In this document: positions 40,779 through 52,892 of the stretch, piece after piece | How the letters are laid out: every line of letters starts with the position of its first letter | Position numbering within the stretch: the stretch's first letter is position 1 | Assembly: GCA_904063045.1 (NCBI GenBank) | Contig: CAJFCJ010000024.1 | Location: 801,777 to 865,776, forward strand | Direction: 5' to 3' | Length of the DNA: 64,000 nt | Source: Dimorphilus gyrociliatus | Taxonomy: Eukaryota; Animalia; Annelida | Program-made: the position numbers and the translations under genes | The notes under the pieces: model-generated | Databases searched by the model: none | Told to the model about the DNA's origin: nothing | The model's input: only the letters and a program-made list of their open reading frames with translations

Positions 40779-43700
40779 TTAAAGCCAATGAAAAACTAGA
40801 TAAGAAATTATTGCAGTTAGACTGGACGAAAGTAAAAATGTTGCTGAGTTTGTTTGTCTATTCGTTGTCGATGATGGGCTTTTTGTTGTTGATGATGGGT
40901 TTGTTGTTGTTTCAACATATTCGGTTGGTACCGTATAAGCTACGAAATAATTTCCCCTTGGTGGTCTTCCAGCCCAATGGCCTCCGCAATTTAAAACAAT
41001 ATATTGTTTTCCTTTATATCTAAATAACAAGATTATTTTACAAAATTACAAGATAAGAATCATTTTAAAGTGAAACGAAACGATTGATAATAATTATCTT
41101 TAAGAGAGATAAAGTCTTTTTATAGTCTCCAAGTACCTGTAAGTCATTGGAAGAGAAGTACAATCGTGAGTTAACTCCTCAGATTGCCATAATTCTTTTC
41201 CAGTCAGTACGTCATGTACCCATATTTTATGATCCTCAGATCCGGCTCCAATTGCTATTCCACTACCCAAAACTAGTTGAGGGGAGAGAGCTTTCCTATA
41301 AAGTAATAGAGATATTTATGATGATGTAGAAATATTAAATTACGCCTATAATATGTTTACCTTGCACCAATGTTTCTCCCCTGGTCCGTTTCAAATGGAT
41401 AATGTCTACCGTATGGTTTCCTCCATCGAATTGTTGCATTATTTAAGTTAATCGCAATCATTTCCGAGTATGGACCATCGTAACAGAAGGAATATTCATC
41501 TGGAGCTCTTTTTTATTTTTAGAAAGATAAAATTATAATAAGTAAAGAGAAGAGAGAAATCTATTGGAATAAGACTCACGAAAAACGTTTATGACACATA
41601 TTATATGGAGATCGTGGAGGATTTGGATTAGGTTGAGATCGACACCAAGACGTCTCGTTCTTTCTCATCAGTTGTCTAACTATTTAGTTTAAGTAAGAGT
41701 ACAGCCCAAAAGAAAAAGAAGAAAAAGATAATGATACTTGTATATTAAATTACAAATAATTTATAACTAACGCATAATTATGTTGTTAACGATAACTATT
41801 CCAATATTTTCTTTAGGAAAAATAGAAGTACTTTGCCAATTGACCCCTCCCATATCTCCAGGTATTGAAATAATACTTTGATCTAATCTTGGTGGAGTAT
41901 ATTGCTAAGTATTTTAAAATCTTTAATATGCATGTTAATTTGTAATTAGCGTATAAATACTCGTCCTAATCCATCTGTAACTTTAGCAGTTTCAAATAGA
42001 AGTTTAGCACAGTCATCTCGGTTTTGGTTGTAAGGATGATTAACCAAACTGATATCAAAGCTCAGACGACTCAACTGACCTAATGGACCGACTACTCTCC
42101 TTTGAGTTGGACTAGTCCTTTCACCTGGTACCTTTTTAATTTTAATTGAAAGAATTTTTAAATTTAACAACGTAATAGTATAGTATACCAACAGTGCTGG
42201 GTGGAACGAAAAATTCCTCTGTTGGAATAATTTCAGTACCGTTTATGGCGTCGAACATAAACATAGATCCAGTCTTTGTAGGCTGAAATAGTTTAAAATT
42301 TATAAAAAGACGTAAAATAACTATAAGTTACTTGAATATTACGACTATCAGATTAAATGAACTTACGTATAAAACCACTTTAATACTCTTATCATCTTTT
42401 AAAATTGTTGTAATTGTTGGACCGGCGGCTCCATCCTTTTAAGGGGAAAAAGGCTGTTATTATATTGTTGCAATATATTTTTTATCATATGGAAATATTA
42501 CGTAATTCCAAAGGTCATGTTTGACAAATTGCTGATGCCATAATTTTTTCCCAGAGTGAGCGTTAAGAGCAATTACAGAGTCTGTGTACAAATTGTCTCC
42601 TAAGCGATCACCGCCGTAAAAGTCATAATGTGGTGACGAGGAAGCCATATAGACAATACCAGTTTCGCTATCACCTGCTAATGGAGCCCAAACATTGCCT
42701 CCACCGTTATATTCAGTTCCATTTTCCCATGTACTATATCCTGTATCATTTTTATCAACGGGAATGACATAGAATCTCCACTTTAATTCACCAGTTTTAG
42801 GATCAAAACCCCTAGGTTGGCCTTTAGGTGTATCGCTTGTTAAATAATCTGATATTGCTATATTTTAAAAATAAGAATGTGGACCTTAGCTAAATAATTT
42901 TTCTTTGTTTTTGTATCATATTAACTTACAATCTCCAACAATTAATGTATTATTTACTATAATAGGAGCTGAAGTAAAGCCATAAATAAGAACTAATTTC
43001 CCACCGTCATTGAAGTAGGCGTTTTTAATATCTTCAGTTAAATTCAATTTACCCTATGATATTTTATATATATATATATATAAGAATGACAGTTTACTCT
43101 TTCAATTTGTTGTGTTAAGTATCAAAAAGGAAAATAACTACAAACATAATTGCCAAATTCAGGGCAAAATTTTCCTGTTGCTGCATCAACAGCCACTAAA
43201 AAAGCCGATGTAGTAGCCATATATACTCTTTTCCTGCAAAGGTCTCCATCTGCCTTAGTCTCATCAAGCCATGTTGCAACGCCCCGACAAGTCCTATAAG
43301 GATAAAATACACCGATTACTTGGAATTGAGAGATAGTCTGATTTCTAGTGTATTTATATTAAAAAACAAGATAGCCCAGTAGATTTTAATTGATTTTAAC
43401 AGATTATGTACTTTAATAACCATTTGACAATTTGATTCTTTTCAAATTATCATTTGCAATTTCTTGGACAACTGAATATAAAAAACAGATTAAAAATACA
43501 ATTTTCTTTGTGTTTATTACTTAGTTGCTCCAATACTAATATGCTCTCTAAAATCTTTGGTGTCCATATCCGTATTATTCCAGATTTCCGTTCCATTTTC
43601 AGGATCAACAGCAAATAATTGGTTTCTTGCGGTGCAGAAAATTAACAAGTCCCTGTCTTTAAATGAGCAGAGGATACACTTTATTTTTCTTAAGTGATTA

Positions 43701-44037
43701 AACTCTCCATGGATAAATTAAAGAAAAATATTATTTTACCTTTTCCAGAGCCATCATCGATAAAAACTGGTGTACTTTGGTGAACGTATTTCCCATCAGT
43801 GTCATGGGCTTTTGTAAAATTCCATGCTTTGTTAATATATTGAATATTTTCCTTTGTTATATCACTAAGAGGTGAATATCTTAAACCTTCATTTGTGTTG
43901 GTATACTGGGGCCAATAAACTATGAATAATACAATAATTGCAAGTTCAATGTTAATAAAAGAAACGAACTTACCAGAGCCTGGTAAAGCGCAATAAAGTT
44001 TAATAAGGCAAAAAATTAATAAATGTTTAAAAGTCAT
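40779..44037 (-). CDS. Bacterial-type PQQ-dependent quinoprotein dehydrogenase (glucose/quinate/shikimate family, 8-bladed propeller) with signal peptide and GPI-like tail; 14 exons, 705 aa
   Basis: Exons 43974-44037, 43740-43919, 43521-43656, 43146-43293, 42930-43053, 42502-42857, 42367-42435, 42193-42282, 41961-42131, 41772-41904, 41580-41679, 41361-41507, 41137-41295 and 40779-41019 are all GT-AG with consistent phases and total 2118 nt. Motifs WPQY..[103 protein letters not shown] and PMTYRYKGKQYIVLNCGGH. Confidence 0.9.
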
Positions 44038-45754
44038 CTTGTTTCTTAGTAAAGTGGAAAGGATAAGCCTTTTATGGAAATTTTTTGATAAGAAACTGAT
44101 TAGTAAAAAGATAAGCAAAACACGTAAAACTCCTTAAAGATAAAATAAAAAGAGAATCTATTACAGTAGAGCAAATGGAGCTCTACCTATAATTTCTAAT
44201 TAAATAAAATTACTGTTACATCCTATTTACAAAGAAGAAAGTATATATAGTTATGTATTAAACAAGTTATCTATTTTGTATTTATCATAATAAGAGATAA
44301 GTAAATTTGTAAACAGCCGACTAACTCGTTTAAGAGAGATTATTTATATCTTTTTGTAATAAATAATAAAATAATAATTAAAATGCGATAGTCTTTCGGT
44401 TTTACAGTAGAACTTTTTAATAGAGCTTGTTTTTATTGGAGAGTAGTTATCAGCTTTGCAGTTGAAAACTTTAACTTTCTATATTAGAATGCCAATATAA
44501 TAATAAAACTTTAATCCACCTGACTAAAATCTTTATGAGCATTAACGGACCAGATAATTAGAACGGTAGATAATTATATAATGTATATTTTATATAATAA
44601 GCATAATAATACCAATCCGCTTAAAATCAAATACTGAAATATTTACCAAGGTTTTACACAGACACTTACACTTTTAGAATATATACTGTACATGTTACTT
44701 TTTACCTAAATTAAAAATACCACAGAATCATCATCATTGCAAAAGCTAACATATAGCTGAAAAAAGATAAGAAAAAAACTTAACGTCTATGAAAAAGATA
44801 AATAGTTGCAAAACAAAATAAATGAAGACTAGGAAGGAGAGTGGAATCTAAAAGAGAGATTTGCAAGAGAAAGAGTTATCAAACAGCTTTATAAATTAAA
44901 TTGATCGAAGAAACAAGAAAGACATCTCGCTTCTTTTTATTATATATAAGAACGTTATATACTGTGTTAAGGAGAATACGAAAGGTTACTTTTTTTACAT
45001 ACTTAATTGTTTTTAGTTTCCTTAAAAAAACGGCATGCTTTCAACAAAATATCTTTGTTATTATCATTATTTTTCTTCTTAACTGTTTCCGCCTCGCTTC
45101 CTATATTCCTATATATATATATGTATATGTGTCATTGTACTCTACATATCCATGTATACATTTCTTATTTATTTGCAAGCGATAAATCTTATTTTTCTTG
45201 AAATGTACCATTCTTCTTATGTCTTCGATAGTATTAAATCTTTTAATTAATTAGTTACAGCAGATTGATATTCCTGAAAAAGATTATATCAATTAGATAA
45301 CGCGTTGGTTAGACAATTCGACTGATTCTTCTAAGAGGAAAAGAGAGAGATTGAGTAAAATTGGATAAGAGAATACAAGATATAATGATTGAAAGAGAAA
45401 GCCGAGAAAAAAGAGGTTAAGTAAAGGAAAATGAGCTTTTAGCGAAAGATATGTTTCACAAAGATTGTTTCAAAGGTAAATATTTATTAATCAGTGTATT
45501 TTTATATTATCTCATTAGTTGTCCTGATATCTTAAAATTAGTTGAAATATGCACAAGGTTTTCGATAGAAAATGGGGAGAAATTTATTATTCTCAATGAA
45601 TAAAAAGCTTCATTAATTTGTCTCTATGTTTAATGATAAAAATAAGAGTTACATGATAAGATTATGCATAAAGTAAAAAATTTACTGAAAAAATCCAATA
45701 CGCCAGAGACACCTAGGGTAAGGCTTATTCCTTTTTCTACAGTTATCTTCCGGC

Positions 45755-46819
45755 ATGAGAAATTCAACAGTTGAGGCGAATAACTCAACTAATTTCCATA
45801 GATCTAATAGCATACTGATATTGATAATCAACAGCTTGAATTTGTATGGTTTGCCCATCATATGTATTGTTGGTTTGGCAGGTAATTGTTTATCTATTAT
45901 AATATTCTCGTCTAAAAAATTCAAGCAGTTTCGGAATCAAACTTGCTCTGCCTACCTTTCTGCTCTGGCTTTTTCGGATAGTTTTATCTTGGTAACATTA
46001 TTTTTATCATGGTTAGGTCTGTTCGAAATACGAATAGTTAACTATAAAGGATTTTGTCAGCTTTTACCATACATAACATTCGTCTGCAGTTTTCTCAGCA
46101 CATGGATTATCTGCATTTTTACATTTGAAAGATTTTTTGCTGTTTTCTTCCCATTGAAATTAAAACTAAGGAGTACGAAGAAAGGTGCAACGAAAGTTTT
46201 AGGAGGTTTAGTGCTATTCGCATTGCTACTCTTTCCGTTTCCACTCTGGTCATATTCTGTGAAAGATGGAATATGCGTACATAAGTTAGACTATAAAGGT
46301 TTAATTGAAATAATGAACGCTATGGATGCACTAATAACACTATGTGTACCTTTTCTAATAATTGTACCATTAAATATTGCCATTGCTGTAAAATTAGCTA
46401 AATACGTTACGTTGGGAAGTCATAGATCAGTGAAAACTTATAACGAATCCAGGAGCAGGTCTATGATAACGCAAGATGATAACGAGACCGAATTACAGCC
46501 CTTAGACAACGAAGGGGAGAGTAATAATATTCATCACCAAAGGCATTCCAGAGTTGTGCAGAGGAAATCAGCAAAGTTATTGATTGTTATAGCAACAGCA
46601 TTCTTTTTGTTGAGTACACCATCTTACGCTTTTAAATTATACGTAATATTAAATCAAGAGCCAAATAATCAAAAAATGGTAATAACTGCTAAAATGAGAC
46701 AATTACAGGAAATTTTTCAGGTGTTGTATTATATAAACTTTGCAATTAATTTTTTCTTGTATAGCTTATCATCAAATGCTTTTAGAAATGCGTTAAAACA
46801 GCTGCTATCAATTTGTTAA
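45755..46819 (+). CDS. Intronless rhodopsin-class 7TM GPCR (FMRFamide/TRH-receptor-like peptide GPCR group)
   Basis: 354-aa ORF with seven hydrophobic segments. GN in TM1, YLSALAFSD in TM2, TFERFFAVFFPL (DRY equivalent) and NFAINFFLY in TM7. N-terminal NST sequons. Confidence 0.9.
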   Translation: MRNSTVEANNSTNFHRSNSILILIINSLNLYGLPIICIVGLAGNCLSIIIFSSKKFKQFRNQTCSAYLSALAFSDSFILVTLFLSWLGLFEIRIVNYKGFCQLLPYITFVCSFLSTWIICIFTFERFFAVFFPLKLKLRSTKKGATKVLGGLVLFALLLFPFPLWSYSVKDGICVHKLDYKGLIEIMNAMDALITLCVPFLIIVPLNIAIAVKLAKYVTLGSHRSVKTYNESRSRSMITQDDNETELQPLDNEGESNNIHHQRHSRVVQRKSAKLLIVIATAFFLLSTPSYAFKLYVILNQEPNNQKMVITAKMRQLQEIFQVLYYINFAINFFLYSLSSNAFRNALKQLLSIC

Positions 46820-49631
46820 AATGCAATTTCAATAAAACTTTACGCTAAATACTATTAATCTTTAGATTTATACTTTTGATGCTATAACATTAAAATATAT
46901 TTCCTTTTCTCTTTTATTGTACATAGGTGTACGTTATAAGTTTATACAGTATATCTATTTTAAGCGAATTTTAGTTTTTCGTAGAGAATTGAGGTTTTAT
47001 CTAGATCCATTGATCTAGATTATTTTCCCTCCAGCCGGGTCACAAGCTACCAAAACCTCCTTATTCCTCATCAGAGATTTAATAGAAAATGAGAGTTTCT
47101 ACCCCTTCCGTTCTCTTCGAATTATTATTGTTATTACTTTTTAAGTACTTCGTTTCAATTAATTATTAGTGCCATTATTACTAAATCATTTATTATAGCT
47201 TAGAATAGTTGCTAATTTCTGTTATTATAATAAATAGTCTTTTCCAGCAATGTTTCCCTCTTGTTTTAACATTTTATTCCCAAGAAGTAAAAATTCTTGT
47301 TCATAGGCTTACTAAGAGTAAATTTCTCTTTTTTTTTAATTTCTTATACGCATTTAATATATAAACATTCTATTTTAGAAATAAATTATGTTTACGACCT
47401 CTTTCCCTGACCTTAACTTTGCCTTTTCTACTAAAACATAATTTAATACTTTACCATTAGTAAATGAAAATAGAAAAGAGAAGATAAAGAAAACAAGTAA
47501 TGAAATCATTATGACAGACTTATAGGAAGAAGAGAAGGGCGAAAGTTTAATATATTTTTTCTTCTCTCTATCATATCAGAGTGTCTTCGAAAGGTAACTG
47601 ACTTCATTAATTAGCAATTTGTAATTAAAAGGGGATCACATCAGATAACTTTACTCTAGTTCTTTATATAAAACAGTTATAATTTTATAATTCATAGTAT
47701 TTTTAGTTTAAGAGTCTTAACAATTTCTATTTTAATATACAGAACGGATATCTATTTTAAATATGTAGACTAAAATATCTTTAGTCTTCTATCATTTGGA
47801 AGGAATTGCATGATAAAAGTATTTCCTCTCTTTCTTCTCCACTTGACAGGCAAAATACTGTTTTTTTTAAATTAGACGCTTTAATTGTACAGAATAAGGG
47901 AATAAGGAGTAATAAAAACGATTTATGAAGCAAGTTTTATTTAGTTTAGATCATTTCTGGAAGTAATAGGCTTATATATGATATATATAACTGTATATAG
48001 CACTTTATAATATATTTTGAGCATGCATTATTATATAACTATAATCTGTGGTAACCTACTTCCCATATAATTTTCATACCCAATCAGGCAATTTTACGTC
48101 TTAAGGTCTGCTAAATTCTAAAATCTCTTGAGTAAACTTGAAATTTAAGAGGAGACAGGCAATTTCTGGCGTAAGCGGATATTGTTATCTTATCTGCGTT
48201 GAGAAGCTTATTTGTGCTGTACAATAATATCCCAGAGGAAGGTAAAAGACAACGAATAAATCCCATTTTTATTCCATAATTACAAGAGTAAACCTATAAT
48301 TAAAAATAATTATTTCAGGAAATGATGAATCCCTAATCAGACAATATAAAAATAGGACTTATAATATACACTATAGTATTTATAAAATATTCGGCTTGTT
48401 AGCTAACATGCATAATTACAGTATTAAGTTAATCGCTAATAGGTCATCCAGAAAATATGATTATACTTTTTAATTCTTTAATTAATATTCATCATTACTT
48501 GAAAATTTAATCCCAGAATGAAATTAAATACTCTTTTAATTAAAAGAAGACTTTTCTTAAGTAATCTTAAATCATTGTAACTGATCAAGTAAGTAGGAAA
48601 GATAAATTGAATGAAATGAATAGATCTAATTAGATATTAACTTAATGAATAAAAGGAACCTTAAGGGAAAGCTAGACTGAGAGGAGAAGTGATTGAGTTA
48701 TTCATATAAAATTTTAATATACATATTGGAAAAAATGATCTAACTTTTATCAGATTGTGAAGAAATGTATACTACAGAAACTGAATTATAACAATAACAT
48801 ATAATTAACATTCTCGTAAGTTGAAATTTCCTGCTAATATATATTCAAATACGTAATTATTAATAGGATTCTTATTGTACCCTAACCAATTTAAATAACC
48901 TTCTGGTATTGTCTGCTTTGACTATTAAACAACAAAATAAAATCGGTCAAATAATTTAAAATAGTTACAGAGAAAAGTTTATTATACATTTCAGCGGTTT
49001 TGTAAGTCAGTGGGACTAAATGAAATTGTGTCACTGTATTTCTTTAAACCTTAAAATATTTCGATTTCCATTATCAATTCATATTGTTTTCTTTAACTTT
49101 ACGACTATTGATTAACTTTAAATTAACGTACAGATGGAACTTGTATTTTTAACTTTATTATGTCAAATAGTCAAGAATAATGAAAAACTTTGTCACGCAA
49201 GAATTAAACTTTTACTACCTATTTTCAGCTGACTATGCATAAAACACAATTTTCTTGGAAGTAGTTACGTAATCAATTGCATATTGATATAGTATTATTA
49301 TTTTGGTTAAAAACGCTTTCTTATTAAAATAATCACTAATTAAAAGCTAATATATGATCTTTATTTTATTTATCTCAATTATTGTAATCTAAAATGACCT
49401 TAATTTGCAAAATCATACACTACTCGCCAAAGATAAAGATAGAATTGTAAGAAGAAAGAGAGGAAAAGGCGTTGGCGTATTAACTTTATAAAAGTCTCAA
49501 AACGCATTTTTCTATTTAAATTATTCAATTTAAATAATAAGCTTAAAGAAGGGAAAATATACACAGCATGTTATTTATCATCGTCAGGTACAGTGTGTTA
49601 TAGAAAAACCTAAATATACAGTATTAGTATA

Positions 49632-49634
<3 letters not shown>

Positions 49635-49686
<52 letters not shown>

Positions 49687-49910
49687 AAAGTTATTGTAAA
49701 TTTCGTAAATTTTCAATATTAACAAATATGTTCAATCTATTTTGTCGTTAGAAAATTACTTTATATTTACTATTTAGACCTTTAGACAGTAGGTCGTTGT
49801 TTTGATAATTGGACGAAAAATTAATGCCCTCTATAAAATCTATATAATAAATTGATTTTATATCATTCTTTGTAAAATAGAAATCATGTTTAAACTTTAT
49901 AAAAATACTC

Positions 49911-49946
<36 letters not shown>
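49635..49946. repeat. Compound (TA)n(GA)n microsatellite and nearby (CT)n tract
   Basis: (TA) 49635-49664, (GA) 49665-49686, (CT) 49913-49946. Confidence 0.9.
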
Positions 49947-49947
<1 letters not shown>

Positions 49948-50367
49948 GAGACACACTCCTAATTCCTATTAGTGGTGCCCTCTCTATTTTAAAAAATTGA
50001 AACTATATTCTATGCCTTTAAAAAGAATGGTCTTTGATTTTATCGAGTTTACTTAATATAAAATTAAAAAAAAGAAACGATCGATCACCTTTAGACTGTG
50101 ATTAATCATAGCATCTATTTTTATTCTACTAACGAAAAATGACCCAATATATTGAATGAGGCTTGTCTGCTAATTACTATTATAATTAGCAGTAATGTTA
50201 AATATTTTGTTTCTCGTCAATTTCGGTGATTTATGGGTGAATGGTAAATTTTTAGGCCATATTGAAAAAGGAATACGCTAAGAATAGTATACATTGAACT
50301 GGCCTATAAATTGCTCAAGTACTGTATTCAGAATTTCGTTTCTTTAAATGAATTTTTAAAAACAATG

Positions 50368-50979
50368 TTATTGACCTTTCTTCTTTGAAAATGCGCTTTT
50401 CATTTCATAATAGGATTGCAAAAGTAAAAGTGCAGGTATAACAACCCATATCCCATTATAGAATACCATATAAACCCAGAGATAGAGCCAGTTATTTGTT
50501 GCTAAATTGGGAGATCCTAACAATATATCTGGTACAAAAGTCATCCAACCACCATAAATTTCTCCAACGCATAGAACGACTTGTAAGAAATGCCTGTAAT
50601 GCTTATTTTTAACTATTGCGTAGACTAATACTAAGCACATTGGTCCTTCTACGAAAACAGTTATAATCTCTAATGAAACTATACAAGGGTCTAAGATTAG
50701 CCATCTAGCATCAGCTTTGCCATATTCTTTCCATACTAGTGAAGTCCAATGAGTAGATTTTTCAACAGTTGTTGTAAGTGATAAAATAACGAATGATAAC
50801 TCTAAACTTAAGTGTATCATTGCGTCCCAGATTAACCAAAAAATTACAAATTTGTCAGTTTTCCTTACTGTTTTACTTATTTTATTGGTAATAAACCATG
50901 CTCCAATTGCCATGGCAGCCGTAGCAATCATGGATACTATGGAAACTTGGTTGATTATCGGTTCCGTTTGATCGTCCAT
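50368..50979 (-). CDS. EBPL: Emopamil-binding protein-like (EXPERA domain), intronless, 203 aa
   Basis: WKEYGKADARW, DPCIVSLEI, YRHFLQVVLCVGEIYGGWMTF, SPNL..NWLY and NGIWVVIP..QS match recalled EBPL. Di-lysine-type C-terminus SKKKGQ. Confidence 0.9.
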   Translation of the reverse strand: MDDQTEPIINQVSIVSMIATAAMAIGAWFITNKISKTVRKTDKFVIFWLIWDAMIHLSLELSFVILSLTTTVEKSTHWTSLVWKEYGKADARWLILDPCIVSLEIITVFVEGPMCLVLVYAIVKNKHYRHFLQVVLCVGEIYGGWMTFVPDILLGSPNLATNNWLYLWVYMVFYNGIWVVIPALLLLQSYYEMKSAFSKKKGQ

Positions 50980-51586
50980 TCCTTTTCTTGCAATTCTCTT
51001 CTATTAACTCTGAAAACAGAAGAAATTTTCTAACCAAAGCTCATAAATTTAGACACTCAGGTGATTTTCTTTCTATTTTCTGTATTTATAGACAACTGAT
51101 ATCATATCAGAATAATTCATGTCTATTTTTCAGAACAGTTAAGATAAGGATCAGATTACAGAAATTTCTTTATCGTACGATTGAAATATAACGCGACCTT
51201 AAAAATTATAATATTAAGCGATAATATAGCAAATTGAAGAACATTTATGTAGTTTCCTTCTACATTATTGATATAGTAGTTCTTTTCTCTGAGAAGACAG
51301 CAAGGTAATTTATTAATATTGACGCGAATCAGAATACTAACTACGCTTATGTTAAATAAATAAAATATAAATTAAAATTTAAATCTTATTGTTACCAGTT
51401 GTCTCTCAAGAAGGGTGTCATGAATGTTTTATTTTTTTTTTTTGTTTGTGCTATAATAGCAACAGGTTTTCACATTATTCAACTAGATGTTGTTTTCCAT
51501 TTCAATATATTCAATCATTTATCACTTGTCACAAAACAATTAAAGTAAGATTCAATTGAAATATGAACTTTAAAAAACAAGCTAAA

Positions 51587-52176
51587 TTAGCAGTAATCAA
51601 GTTTAGTGTGACCATATTCTAAAATACTAAAAGTATTCTGAACTGTCATAAAAATTGGTTCATTTTGACTATTACATTGCAATAAGCATAAACTATTTAA
51701 TTGATAAGATAAAACAGCACAATTGTTCTCTTTTAGCGCATTGATACATTTATGTAATGAAATATCAGTTAGTTTTCTTGTTGGATTCTTTAATAGATGG
51801 GAATAAACCGCTTTGAGGACTTTCAATTTACATTCATATGTTACCGATAACATCTTCACCTTGCCAGGGCAAGTATCCCCAAAATTTGAATTCGTAGCTT
51901 TTACAACAAGCTGAGACTTTTCTTGAAACGTTTTAAGTTTTTCCGTAATATATTTCCCACAGTTTTTTTTTCCATAATATCCACTGACAATCACTAAAAG
52001 GTTATCATCGGGACACGTTACTTGTAGTTTTCTCCCCTCTCGAACCGTTTCCGATAATCCATAGCATTGATATATTCCTATCAATAAAAATTGATAGAGA
52101 AAGAAATTAAACAAATCAAAAAAGTGGAGAATAAAATGAAATTCTTACCTGTAAAGAGAATCAGAGCAGAAAACAT
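51587..52176 (-). CDS. Secreted SUEL (rhamnose/galactose-binding lectin)-like protein with a C-terminal PAN/apple-like segment (2 exons, 172 aa)
   Basis: Signal exon 52149-52176 (MFSALILFT|G) and exon 51587-52077. SUEL-like E-G..L..CP..YG..C..ATNSNFGDTCPG..KMLSVTYEC, followed by SLHKC..NCAVLSY..LCLL. Confidence 0.65.
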
Positions 52177-52892
52177 TAACTTATTATTAACTTTATTTAT
52201 ACAATTTTCTTTCATTTATTGTACTATTATAGTAACTTTATTGACAATTATACAATATTGGATGTCTGACATCAAAATGTGTTTTAGACAATTTGCCAAA
52301 GGAACCACCTAGAATGCTCAAAAATATAGTTCAAAATCTTCTTTGGGTTTTACATATGCTCTGAATGATCAAATATCAGTGTAGGTAAAAGCTATATATA
52401 ATATATAAAGCTATAGTGTACTAAATAATATATAAATCTATTGATCTTTCTTACGAAAGTTCGTAGACGTTATACTGTAAAATTACGAAAGATCCAGGTA
52501 GGACTATGTAATGATTTCTATGAATATCTTTTATATATACACTATATACAGTATATACAGTATATATATATATGTACATACTGTATAATTACACCGTAAA
52601 TCTATCTAGAAAGTTTATCTTCTTATTTAAGTATCTGTATATTATTTTAAATTTAATTTAAAACTGTTATTTGCCCAAATGGTACTTGTATTACCAATTT
52701 TCAACAAGTTTTCTATATATAGGTTGTACTTAATACTCGGTAGAGTATTAATTTTCAACTATCAATACTTTTAGTAGAAATCTGAAAGTTTGTTACCATT
52801 AAAATAACCTGTGAAATATTATTAGTCAAGTAACAACTAGTTTCACAGTTTATTTAACTAATACACTTTTTTTTGCCAATAAATACAGAAAC

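Noticed and set aside
42433-42516. Lanthanide-dependent (XoxF-type D-x-D) enzyme
   Set aside because: The first Asp of the motif is Asn, the second Asp is normal in the glucose-dehydrogenase family, and the vicinal Cys-Cys of alcohol dehydrogenases is absent.
43320-43471. Alternative two-exon insert in the quinoprotein gene (43421-43471 and 43320-43344) that keeps frame
   Set aside because: It needs a 26-nt intron, far below the roughly 50-nt minimum seen elsewhere in the window, and the direct splice matches the family better.
40779-44037. Bacterial contamination as the explanation for the quinoprotein gene
   Set aside because: Thirteen canonical GT-AG introns with consistent phases, host-like AT content, an intronic (TA)n run and continuity with animal genes on both sides.
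44901-45201. Hydrophobic ORFs upstream of the GPCR, and similar ones at 16595-16810, 19584-19871, 38836-39060 and 52091-52312
   Set aside because: Low-complexity products of AT-rich or purine-rich non-coding DNA with no motifs or splice logic.
49748-49954. 68-aa ORF beginning MSLERERERE
   Set aside because: Translation of a CT/GA microsatellite. The same applies to the YIYIYI ORF at 60958-61188.
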